A DNA stretch of 64,000 nucleotides from positions 1 through 64,000 of the forward strand of contig JBIOXB010000036.1 of the NCBI GenBank assembly GCA_044869275.1, given 5' to 3'. Under the pieces are notes generated by a model. That model was given only the letters and a program-made list of their open reading frames with translations. It was not told the DNA's origin and ran no database searches. The DNA comes from a bacterium. Lineage in GTDB: Bacteria > Zhuqueibacterota > Zhuqueibacteria > Zhuqueibacterales > Zhuqueibacteraceae. Made by a program: the position numbers and the translations under genes. Below are positions 8,028-16,749 of the stretch, in pieces (positions within the stretch are counted from its first letter, which is position 1; the number at the start of each line of letters is the position of its first letter).

Positions 8028-10562
8028 ATGGCAGTTGCCGAACAAAGGGCCCAAACCAGACAACCTTCGTCACCAACTTCCGCGCCGGAAAGCTACGCGG
8101 AGAAATTCCTCGCCATTCTCCACAATCGCGCCAAGCTTGAAAAAAGCGGTGGACGGGCGGTCAGGCGTCAGGGATTCGTCGTTTTGGTGCGAGGTGGTGA
8201 AAACTTAAAGCTCATACAAAATCTCTGCTTTGACACGCGGCAAAGTTACAATACCTGTTTGACTGCGCGCTATCGCTTGCAATCCCCCCGGGCATCCTCG
8301 GGGCACGGCGCAGTTTTCGGAACTTTGATTGCGGCTTTCGTAAGCGACCTGCGCATGCGCGGCAGCACCCGCCTTAAAACACGCGGGGATTTTTTCCCCG
8401 AACTCGACAAAGATGAGTGGAAACGTTTTTTGGAAGGCCCCTTCGGAAGTTGGATGGCATCCTGGCAAACCGCAGGCGAGGGCATTCTGTCTTCGGAGAG
8501 CGTGCAGGGTTTATGGGAGGCTTTGCGCAACGACCGTACCCTGCCGACCGGCAAGCGGCTGCTGTTCTTTGCAGAAATCGAAGCTGCAAACGAGAACAAA
8601 GCGGAATGGGAGCTGGCGCAGTCGGGCTTGTTCGCCAACCTCCCGGAACGCGCCGGCCTGGTGCTTTCCGGCGCGCCGGCGGATTTTCACCTGCCGCCGG
8701 ACGATCCGCATTTTCTGGAGATCGCATTGCCCGAGAGCGGGAAGACGGAGGCGAAACCGGCCGGCGAGCTGTACTTCCGCTTTAAAACCGCAGCATTGCG
8801 CAACGACCGCGCCGCGCGCGAGGATCATCTTGGCGTCAATCGTTTCGCCGAAGCCATGGCGCGCTTCCTCCTGCATCCGCAAACGCATCCGCCGCTGACG
8901 CTCGGGATTCACGGCCATTGGGGCAAAGGCAAATCTTCCTTCATGGCGATGGTGGACATGGCCTTGATCAAATTTGCCCGGGTAAATTATGGCACACGGC
9001 CGCAACAATTGGCGGATTTGTATCGCGAAATTGCCGCGCTCGAAGCCAAGCTGGAAAGTGCAACAGAAGCCGAGGGTGAAAACTTATTCCACGAAAAAGA
9101 GCGCAAAACCGCGGTACACGAACGCATTTGGCATCAAATCAAACGCTTGGCGGAAAAGCGCATCATTACCGTGAGCTTCAATGCCTGGCAATTTCAGGAT
9201 GCGCAACAAATCTGGGCGGGCCTGGCGAGCGTGATCAGCGACCGCGTCGAGCGTTCGCTGTCGTGGTGGCAGCACGTGCACATGCGTGCGCTGTACACGT
9301 GGAAAAAACGCCGCACGGAGGTTTTTCTGCAAATTCTCTTGCCCGTGGCGGTGGCCGTGCTGGTGGGACTCGCGCTTTTCTTGGGCCGCGAAACAACATT
9401 CCAGGGCTGGCTGGCAAAACAGGCTGAAAGCGAGAAGCTTTCCGTGCTCGGCGCGTTGCTGCAGTTCTTTTTGCCGGCCGGCTCCTTGTTGTTTTTGTTT
9501 TGGTTTTTCTCCGGGCGTTTGCTGAAGGTGGCACAGCCCGTGAGCGAGCGCGTGCTTGGTTACGTGCAAATGCCCAAATATCGCGAGCAGATGGGCTTTC
9601 AGCATCGCGTGATGGAAGACCTGCAATTTGTGTATCAATTTCTGAAGAAGCAGCGGCCGGAATGCAAGGTGGTGGTCTATATCGACGATCTCGACCGGTG
9701 TTCAGACGAGAAGATCATGGAAATGCTGCAGGCGATCAATCTTATCCTCGGCAACAGCGAGCTGTTCGTGTTTTTGGGCATGGATACCGACATGATTTAT
9801 CGCGCCATTCGCAGCCACTATCACCAGCGCCGGCAGGAAGAATTCATGCCCGAGAATTTCGCCGACGAGTATTTGCGCAAAATCGTGCAGCTTTCGTTCT
9901 ATTTGCCGGAAACCAAAGTCGAGCAGCGTTTTGATTACGTGCGCACGCTGTTCAGCGCCAGCACGCGGCAGGCCTTTGCGGCACAAAAAGCGCCGCCGGC
10001 TAAATCCCCGCGGGAGGGCGGGCAAGCAGCAGCGGGAGAACTGTACTACAATCTGCAATGGGTGCAAGATTTGACGATTTCTTCCTGGCAGGAGGTTCTG
10101 GATACGGTCGAGGAGCTGCAAGCTTTTGAAAACCTCCGCTACTACTTAAAGGACAATCCGCGCGAGATCAAGCGTGTGGTGAACGTGCACCGGCTGGTCA
10201 AAATTCTCTTGCAAGGCGCGGAATCGAATTGGCCGCCGGACCGGCAGCGCAAGCTGGTGAAGTGGCTGGTCTTCTGCGCCACCTGGCCGTTTTTGATCGA
10301 CGATCTGCTGGAAGAATTGTCGGCGCTGCCGGCAGGCTGCAATTGCCTGAGAGAATTCCATGGCAAGCTGGACGTAGCGCAGAATAACAATCAGGATTTG
10401 ACTGCACTGAAGGAGTTTGCGGAAAAGCCGGAAATTTTGTGCGCAGAGGATATCGACGAAGATTTCAAACTGGCTGCACGCTTGGCGCACCTGATTGACC
10501 ATGAGAGTGCGCCGCGCAAGCGAGAGCAGAAACGGTTCGGCTATCATGGAGCAAAACCATAG
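8028..10562 (+). CDS. KAP-family P-loop NTPase with two TM helices and an unassigned N-terminal domain
   Basis: DHLG, GIHGHWGKGKSS (Walker A), FNAWQF, VVVYIDDLDRC (Walker B), EYLRKIVQLSFYLP, NPREIKR; RBS GAAGGA before ATG 8028. Confidence 0.92.
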   Translation: MAVAEQRAQTRQPSSPTSAPESYAEKFLAILHNRAKLEKSGGRAVRRQGFVVLVRGGENLKLIQNLCFDTRQSYNTCLTARYRLQSPRASSGHGAVFGTLIAAFVSDLRMRGSTRLKTRGDFFPELDKDEWKRFLEGPFGSWMASWQTAGEGILSSESVQGLWEALRNDRTLPTGKRLLFFAEIEAANENKAEWELAQSGLFANLPERAGLVLSGAPADFHLPPDDPHFLEIALPESGKTEAKPAGELYFRFKTAALRNDRAAREDHLGVNRFAEAMARFLLHPQTHPPLTLGIHGHWGKGKSSFMAMVDMALIKFARVNYGTRPQQLADLYREIAALEAKLESATEAEGENLFHEKERKTAVHERIWHQIKRLAEKRIITVSFNAWQFQDAQQIWAGLASVISDRVERSLSWWQHVHMRALYTWKKRRTEVFLQILLPVAVAVLVGLALFLGRETTFQGWLAKQAESEKLSVLGALLQFFLPAGSLLFLFWFFSGRLLKVAQPVSERVLGYVQMPKYREQMGFQHRVMEDLQFVYQFLKKQRPECKVVVYIDDLDRCSDEKIMEMLQAINLILGNSELFVFLGMDTDMIYRAIRSHYHQRRQEEFMPENFADEYLRKIVQLSFYLPETKVEQRFDYVRTLFSASTRQAFAAQKAPPAKSPREGGQAAAGELYYNLQWVQDLTISSWQEVLDTVEELQAFENLRYYLKDNPREIKRVVNVHRLVKILLQGAESNWPPDRQRKLVKWLVFCATWPFLIDDLLEELSALPAGCNCLREFHGKLDVAQNNNQDLTALKEFAEKPEILCAEDIDEDFKLAARLAHLIDHESAPRKREQKRFGYHGAKP

Positions 10563-10670
10563 CCCGGACAAGCCGGAACCGCAAAAATCAAAACACAAAA
10601 TCCAAGAGTGGTTTTGAGTTTTGAGCATTGGATTTTGAATTTCTTTGCTCAAAAAACAAAGATTTCACTT
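10560..10670 (+). repeat. 111-bp element, copy B; its first three bases are the KAP gene stop codon
   Basis: TAGCCCGGACAAGCCGGAACC + (CAAAANN-like)x4 + (TTTTGNN-like)x4 + TTTCTTTGC; about 82% identical to the reverse complement of 7667-7777. Confidence 0.85.
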
Positions 10671-10747
10671 GTAATGGACCATGGCGGATTTTCAGACAAG
10701 CAGAAAACTGAAGCCCCTGGCAGGGCAGCTCCAAAGCAAAAGCTTCC

Positions 10748-10839
10748 GAACACGGATGACGCGGATGAAACGGATTTTCGCGGATTTTTTATTTTTGCCT
10801 TATCCGTGTGAATCCGTCTAATCGGTGTGATCCGTGTTC
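10748..10839. repeat. Nonamer tandem / inverted hairpin element (NNNNCGGAT)4 ... (ATCCGNNNN)4
   Basis: gaacacggat gacgcggat gaaacggat tttcgcggat ... atccgtgtga atccgtcta atcggtgtg atccgtgttc. Confidence 0.85.
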
Positions 10840-10919
10840 AAAAAATGGCTAAAAAACTTTTGGAGTTTTATTCTATGCTTGGTTCTTTGAGCGCCTACAA
10901 CTTTTAGCCGATGGCGCGA

Positions 10920-11279
10920 CTACACGTTTGAGGCCCGAGACATGCCCTTGCCGGCGAGGATGTGGTTGAGATTTTCTCGCTGCGGCATGGGGAGGTTCAA
11001 TTGCACCACGGTTTTATAAACGCGCAGGGCGGCCACGCCCTGCGCATACGTTTTTTCCACCTCCTGTATTTTTGCTCCTCGAACGACCTCGGAAGGCGCG
11101 CCCGGGCTCGTTTGACTGCTTCTTTCCGCCGTGGCTATTGTGTCTGGGCGTGAATGGAAATTCACTTCTTGGGCGCGTGTCACTTTGACCGCCAGACAAT
11201 TGCACAAGACCACCAAGGCCGCCAGGCTTTTGCGCGGCCAGCAGCGGTGGGCAAAACTTATGAACATTTTCGATCTCAT
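10920..11279 (-). pseudogene. Possible truncated exported-protein remnant / hypothetical
   Basis: Signal-like stretch (SLAALVVLCNCLAVKVTRA) and a short helical segment (EKTYAQGVAAL), then an early stop next to repeat elements. Confidence 0.3.
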
Positions 11280-11505
11280 AAAACTTAATTTGGTGCAGAA
11301 CAGTCCAAGATTATTGCAGAGTTGCACAGCAACTCCCCGGGAGGGAGAATTATTCCTTAAAAGAGCGGGCAGCAGTCTGGGTTTGTCGAGAATGCGAGCA
11401 ACCGGAAAGGAGAGATGTTGGAGGTGGCGCGTGAGATTCAAAACCTTTGTACGTTGTATGCAGAAACGCCGCGGAAAGGTGAAAACGAACGCCGGCAGAA
11501 AACGC

Positions 11506-11533
11506 TTGCAAAATTTGGATAGAATGTTATACT
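11506..11533 (+). promoter_or_regulatory. Sigma70-type promoter (extended -10) for the ABC operon
   Basis: TTGCAA-N16-TATACT with TG two bases upstream of the -10. Confidence 0.55.
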
Positions 11534-11697
11534 TTTCGGTTTGTCACCGACATTTTTGTCAGTTCTCCTCTACATTTTGGACTCACATCGACCTTTCATC
11601 GCAGCCCAGCGCCGAGTGCAGCACGACTCGAGGCCGCGAATTCAGGGTACGGCAAAGCGGGACTGCGTAAATCTGAATCATCAATGAGGGAGAAGTA

Positions 11698-12459
11698 ATG
11701 AGTAAAAGTTCACCCCAAATCATGATCGAGGCGAAGGGCCTGAGCAAATTCTATGGCCCTTTTGTCGCGATCAAAGACATTACGTTCGCGATTCCTGAAG
11801 GCCAGATCGTCGCGTTTCTCGGACCCAACGGCGCCGGCAAGACCACGACCATGAAAATCCTTAGTGGTTATCTCGCCGCCAGCGAAGGCCATTCCGCGAT
11901 TGCCGGCCTCGATGTCGCGAAAAACCGTCTCGCCGCGGCGCAAAAGCTCGGCTATCTACCCGAGAATGGCCCGCTCTATCAAGACATGACGCCGATCGAA
12001 ATGCTGACGTTCTGCGGTGAAGCGCGCGCATTGTCAGCGCCCGATTTGCCCAAACGCATCGAGAAAGTCAGCAAGCAATGCGCGCTGGAAGACGTGCTGG
12101 AAAAACCGATCAACAAGCTCTCGCGCGGCTATCGCCAGCGCGTGGGCCTGGCCGTGGCGCTGTTGCACGATCCTCCGGTGCTGATCATGGACGAACCCAC
12201 TGCCGGACTCGATCCCAATCAAATCCGGGATTTCCGCAAGAATATTCGCGAGCTCGGCCGTGCCAAAACCATTCTGCTCTCCACCCACATCCTGCAAGAA
12301 GTGGAAGCCGTGGCCGATCGCGTGCTGCTGGTGCATCGCGGTAAATTGGTTTTTGACGGCGCTCCCAAGCAATTGCTGGAAAACGGCAGCCTGGAAGAAC
12401 CGTTCTACCGGCTTACGGAATTTGGACGCAAAGTAGTGGAGGAGGGCGCGACCGCATGA
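11698..12459 (+). CDS. ABC transporter ATP-binding protein (GldA-like)
   Basis: [30 protein letters not shown]. Confidence 0.95.
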   Translation: MSKSSPQIMIEAKGLSKFYGPFVAIKDITFAIPEGQIVAFLGPNGAGKTTTMKILSGYLAASEGHSAIAGLDVAKNRLAAAQKLGYLPENGPLYQDMTPIEMLTFCGEARALSAPDLPKRIEKVSKQCALEDVLEKPINKLSRGYRQRVGLAVALLHDPPVLIMDEPTAGLDPNQIRDFRKNIRELGRAKTILLSTHILQEVEAVADRVLLVHRGKLVFDGAPKQLLENGSLEEPFYRLTEFGRKVVEEGATA

Positions 12460-15137
12460 AGCTCAAGCTCAATTTGAACTGGAACGCGATCAAAGCGATC
12501 GCCCGGCGCGATCTGCGCATCTACTTCAGCAACCCCACGGGCTACGTGTTCATTACGCTGTTCATTTTCCTTAGTGCCGTGGCCGCGTTTTGGCAGGAAC
12601 GTTTTTTCATGAACAATCTTGCCAACCTCGATCAGCTCAATAATCTTTTTCCGCTCTTGTTGCTGTTTTTTATCCCTGCACTTACCATGAGCGTCTGGGC
12701 GGAGGAGAAGAAAGAAGGCACGGACGAGCTGCTGCTCACGCTGCCGGCCACGGACCTCGAAATCGTGCTGGGAAAGTATTTCGCGACGCTTGGGATCTAC
12801 ACGGCCTCGTTGGTGCTGTCGCTCATCGGCCAGGTGCTGGTGTTGTTCTGGCTGGGCAATCCTGATCTCGGCTTGATGTTCGGCAACTACCTGGGCTATT
12901 GGTTCATCGGCGGGGCGATGATCGCGGTGGGCATGCTCGCCTCGCTGCTCACCGGCAATATCACCATCGCTTTTATTTTGGGCGCGATTTTTTGCGCATT
13001 TTTCGTGTTCATCGACGCCCTTGGCGGGTTGTTGGGCGACGGCGTGCAAAGATTCCTGGCGCCGCTGGGCGTGGAAGGCCACTTCGGCGATTTTGCGCGC
13101 GGCATCGTCAGCCTTTCCGGCTTGCTGTATTTCATATCGCTGGCGGGCATGATGGTGTATCTCAACGTGATTCTCATCAGCCGGCGGCACTGGCCTCTCG
13201 CGGCCGACGGCTACAAAATGTCGTGGCATCATACCGCGCGCGCGGTGGCATTGGTGATTGGGATGATCAGCTTTAACGCCATCGTGAGCCGCGCAAGCTT
13301 GCGCCTGGACGTTACCGCCGAACAACTGCATTCGCTCTCGAGCCAAACCGAAAAATTGCTCAACGAATTGCCGGAAAATCGCCCGGTGCTGCTGCAGGCT
13401 TTCATCAGCAAAGACGTGCCGCAGGCCTACGTGCAAACGCGCGAGAATCTGCTGGGCTTTTTGCAGGAGATGGACGCGACCGGCGGCAATCGCGTGCAGG
13501 TGTTGATTCACGACACCGAGCCGTACACCCCACATGCGCGTGATGCGCGCGAGAAATTCGGCATCACGCCCGTGGAAGTGCCGAACCAGGCCAGTGCGCG
13601 CGCCAGCACGGCGCAGGTGTTCCTGGGCGTGGCCGTCACCTGCGGCGCGGAGGAGCAGGTGATCCCGTTTTTCGATCGCGGCCTGCCCGTGGAATATGAA
13701 TTGGCGCGCAGCATCCGCATCGTCGCCAAAACCGAGCGCAAAAAAATCGGTGTGGTCAACAGCGAAGCCAAGCTGTTCGGCGGGTTCGATTTTCAAAGCA
13801 TGCGCAGCACGCCCCCTTGGTCCGTGGTAGATGAATTGAAGAAACAATATGAGGTCGTGCAAATCAACGCCGCCAGCCCGATCACGGACAAGGTTGACGG
13901 TTTGCTGGCCGTGCTGCCTTCCTCTTTGCCGCAAGAAGAAATGGACAATCTTCTGAGATATATCGAAGCCGGCAATCCCGCCCTGCTCATTGACGATCCG
14001 CTGCCGATCGTGGATATCGGCCTGGCGCCTTCGGAGCGCAGCGGCGGCAACCAGAATCCCTTCATGCGCAATCAAGGCCCGCCGCCGAAACCCAAGGGCA
14101 ACATTCAAGCTTTCGTGGCCAAACTGGGCGTGAATTGGAACTCGGCGGCGATCACGTGGGACTCTTACAACCCGCATCCCGATCTCGCGCAGATTCCACC
14201 GGAAATCGTGTTCGTAGGCGAAGGCAATGAAAATAACCAGGCCTTCAATTCCGAAAACAAGGCAACCTCGGGCCTGCAGGAAGTGGTGCTGCTGTATCCC
14301 GGTGCGATCGAAAACGCCACCAACAGCACGAACGAATTCACGCCGTTATTGAAGAGCGGCCGCGCCTCCGGCGTGCTGCAATACGGGCAGCTCGTGCAGC
14401 GCAGCTTTTTCGGCACGCAGCTGGTACAGCGCGGCCATCGCCGCATTCCCGGCGGCCAGGACTACACACTGGCGGCGTGGATTCACGGCAAAAGCAGCAA
14501 TGGCGACACCACCGGCGCGGGCAAGCACCTCAACGTGATTTTCGTCGCCGACATGGATTTTATCAGCGAACAGTTTTTCGAATTGCGCAAACGCGGCTTC
14601 GAGAATCTGAATTTCGACAACGTCACTTTCTTCTTGAATTGCATGGATATGCTTGTGGGCGACGAATCGTTCATTGATTTGCGCAAGCGCCGCGCCCGGC
14701 ATCGCACGCTCGAAACCGTGGAAGCGCGCACGCGCGCCTACATTGAGCGCCGCACGCAGGAAGAACAGGAAGCCGAAGCCGAAGCGCAACGTTCTCTCGA
14801 CGAAGCCCAGCGCCGCTTGAATGAAAAAGTCGCGGAGGTGCGGCAGCGCACCGATCTCGATGAGCAAACCATGCAGATCATGGCGAAGAGCATTCAAGAA
14901 ACGGAACAACGCCGCTTCGATGTGCAAAAAGCCAACATTGAAGCCGCCAAGGAAGCTCGCATCGCGCGCAGTAAAGAGGATATGGAAGAACAGATTCGCA
15001 AGATTCAAAGCAACATCAAGACCCTGGCCGTGTTACTGCCGCCGATTCCGGTGCTGGTCATGGGTGTGCTGATTTTCGTGCGCCGGCGCAATCGCGAGCT
15101 GGAAGGCGCGGATGCCGCGCGTCGATTGCGAAGTTGA
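12456..15137 (+). CDS. Fused ABC-2 permease (GldF-like) + GldG/ABC_transp_aux protein with C-terminal coiled coil
   Basis: [59 protein letters not shown]...[26 protein letters not shown] overlap with the ATPase gene. Confidence 0.9.
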   Translation: MKLKLNLNWNAIKAIARRDLRIYFSNPTGYVFITLFIFLSAVAAFWQERFFMNNLANLDQLNNLFPLLLLFFIPALTMSVWAEEKKEGTDELLLTLPATDLEIVLGKYFATLGIYTASLVLSLIGQVLVLFWLGNPDLGLMFGNYLGYWFIGGAMIAVGMLASLLTGNITIAFILGAIFCAFFVFIDALGGLLGDGVQRFLAPLGVEGHFGDFARGIVSLSGLLYFISLAGMMVYLNVILISRRHWPLAADGYKMSWHHTARAVALVIGMISFNAIVSRASLRLDVTAEQLHSLSSQTEKLLNELPENRPVLLQAFISKDVPQAYVQTRENLLGFLQEMDATGGNRVQVLIHDTEPYTPHARDAREKFGITPVEVPNQASARASTAQVFLGVAVTCGAEEQVIPFFDRGLPVEYELARSIRIVAKTERKKIGVVNSEAKLFGGFDFQSMRSTPPWSVVDELKKQYEVVQINAASPITDKVDGLLAVLPSSLPQEEMDNLLRYIEAGNPALLIDDPLPIVDIGLAPSERSGGNQNPFMRNQGPPPKPKGNIQAFVAKLGVNWNSAAITWDSYNPHPDLAQIPPEIVFVGEGNENNQAFNSENKATSGLQEVVLLYPGAIENATNSTNEFTPLLKSGRASGVLQYGQLVQRSFFGTQLVQRGHRRIPGGQDYTLAAWIHGKSSNGDTTGAGKHLNVIFVADMDFISEQFFELRKRGFENLNFDNVTFFLNCMDMLVGDESFIDLRKRRARHRTLETVEARTRAYIERRTQEEQEAEAEAQRSLDEAQRRLNEKVAEVRQRTDLDEQTMQIMAKSIQETEQRRFDVQKANIEAAKEARIARSKEDMEEQIRKIQSNIKTLAVLLPPIPVLVMGVLIFVRRRNRELEGADAARRLRS

Positions 15138-15187
15138 TTTGGTGGAGTTGAATTATTCGACGAAACATTAAAGCACCCCACTCAAAG

Positions 15188-15277
15188 TGTCATTCTGGAA
15201 GAATCTTCCCATGCCTTTGGCGCCATGCCCAAACTGACGGTCGTGCGGGAACGCGGGAAGATTGCTGCGGCATGACA
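15188..15277. repeat. Imperfect 23-bp inverted repeat (REP-like) inside the operon
   Basis: TGTCATTCTGGAAGAATCTTCCC ... GGGAAGATTGCTGCGGCATGACA (5 mismatches). Confidence 0.65.
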
Positions 15278-15327
15278 GACGTGGTGGGACATTTAAAGCA
15301 GGCGGAATTCATGTTTGGAGCAATTTA

Positions 15328-16704
15328 ATGGACTGGAAGAATTTCAGTGAATTGAAGAAAACGGCGGTCTTCGGGGGTGTGGCGCTGGGGCTCGCGCTGC
15401 TGGCATTCGCCACCGCGCCGCGCCGCATCACGCCGAAAGATTTCGTCGAAGTCGGCGAAGCTTTCTTCCCGGAATTCAAAGACCCCACGGCGGCCACTTC
15501 GCTCGAGGTGGTGAGCTTCGATGAAGCCACCGCGAGTGCCGTGCCGTTTAAAGTGGTCTTGAAGGACGGCAAGTGGTCGATTCCTTCGCATTATGATTAT
15601 CCCGCCGACGGCAAGGAGCGCCTGGCAAAAACCGCTGCCTCTGTGATCGACATCAAGAAAGACGATCTGCGTTCGGACAACGTCGCGGACCACCAAGCCT
15701 GCGGCGTCATCGATCCCCTCGATGACAAAGCCACGAGCCTGCAGGGCCGCGGCACGCGTGTGACACTCAAGGGCGCGAACGACAACCCGCTGGCTGATTT
15801 CATTATCGGCAAGCCGGTGAAAGACCGGGAGGGCTTCCGCTTCGTGCGCGTGCCCGGGCAAAAGCGCGTGTATGCCGTGCGCCTGAACATCGATCTCTCC
15901 ACGAAGTTCGGCGACTGGATCGAATCCGACTTGCTGCTGGTGAACAAGGACGATGTCAATCAAGTCGTGCTCAGAGACTATTCGATTGACGAACGGCGGG
16001 GCACGCTCAATCAGCGCGACGAGGTCACCTTGGACAAGAAAGACGGAAAATGGACGATGGCCAAGACCCCCGGCGGCCAGGAGATGGATGAATCCAAGGT
16101 GAACACTTTTCTCACGGCGCTGGATGAGTTGTCCATTGTCGGTGTGCGCCCCAAGCCCGCAGGCTTGACGCAGAGTCTGGAGAAATCGACTTTCGGCATC
16201 AACATGGAAGATATGCAGTCACTGCAAGGCAAAGGCTATTATTTCGCACAAAACGGCCAGTTGTTTTCGAATGAAGGAGAGATGCAGGCGCGCACGAAGG
16301 ACGGGGTGATCTACACCTTGCGCTTCGGCGAAGTGGCATATGGCACGGGCATGGCCGTCAGCTCTGGCCTCGCCGACAGTAGCAGAGCGGGGGCGCAAGG
16401 CCCCGGCGAGAATCGGTATCTCTTCATTTCCACCGCTTTCGAGCCCAAGATTCTGCCGCCGGCGCCGCCGCAGCCTAAGAACACGGATTTCATGAACAAG
16501 CCCGACAGCTTGTGGAGCGACGCCGATCGCGCCAACAAAGAAGTGCAGAACAAGTACGACGAATGGAAGAAGACTTTCGACAAAGGACAAAAAGACTCAC
16601 AAGACCTCAACAAGAGGTTCGCGAAGTGGTATTACGTCATCTCGCAGAGCAGCTTTGACAAGGTGCATCTGACGCGCAAGGATTTTCTGAAAACAAAAAC
16701 CTGA
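15328..16704 (+). CDS. DUF4340 domain membrane-anchored periplasmic protein
   Basis: N-terminal TM; W.IPSHYDYPAD, IIGK...FVRVPGQKRVY, LRFG, LNKRFAKWYYVIS; usual position after GldG; RBS GGAG. Confidence 0.8.
   Translation: MDWKNFSELKKTAVFGGVALGLALLAFATAPRRITPKDFVEVGEAFFPEFKDPTAATSLEVVSFDEATASAVPFKVVLKDGKWSIPSHYDYPADGKERLAKTAASVIDIKKDDLRSDNVADHQACGVIDPLDDKATSLQGRGTRVTLKGANDNPLADFIIGKPVKDREGFRFVRVPGQKRVYAVRLNIDLSTKFGDWIESDLLLVNKDDVNQVVLRDYSIDERRGTLNQRDEVTLDKKDGKWTMAKTPGGQEMDESKVNTFLTALDELSIVGVRPKPAGLTQSLEKSTFGINMEDMQSLQGKGYYFAQNGQLFSNEGEMQARTKDGVIYTLRFGEVAYGTGMAVSSGLADSSRAGAQGPGENRYLFISTAFEPKILPPAPPQPKNTDFMNKPDSLWSDADRANKEVQNKYDEWKKTFDKGQKDSQDLNKRFAKWYYVISQSSFDKVHLTRKDFLKTKT
16597..16704 (+). 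repeat. 108-bp direct repeat, copy 1 (3' end of the DUF4340 gene)
   Basis: Ungapped match to 19081-19188 with 11 mismatches. Confidence 0.92.
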
Positions 16705-16715
16705 CTTCTATTTCC

Positions 16716-16749
16716 GGCCTTCCAAGCTTCAAAACTTGGAAGGCCTTTT
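16716..16749. terminator. Hairpin terminator between convergent genes
   Basis: GGCCTTCCAAG-N8-CTTGGAAGGCC-TTTT. Confidence 0.7.

Noticed and set aside
10748..10839. Short periodic repeats as a possible CRISPR array
   Set aside because: Units are 7-10 nt with no unique spacers, and no cas genes are present
12405..14177. 590-aa minus-strand ORF
   Set aside because: Antisense to the GldF-GldG fusion; typical of GC-rich codon bias
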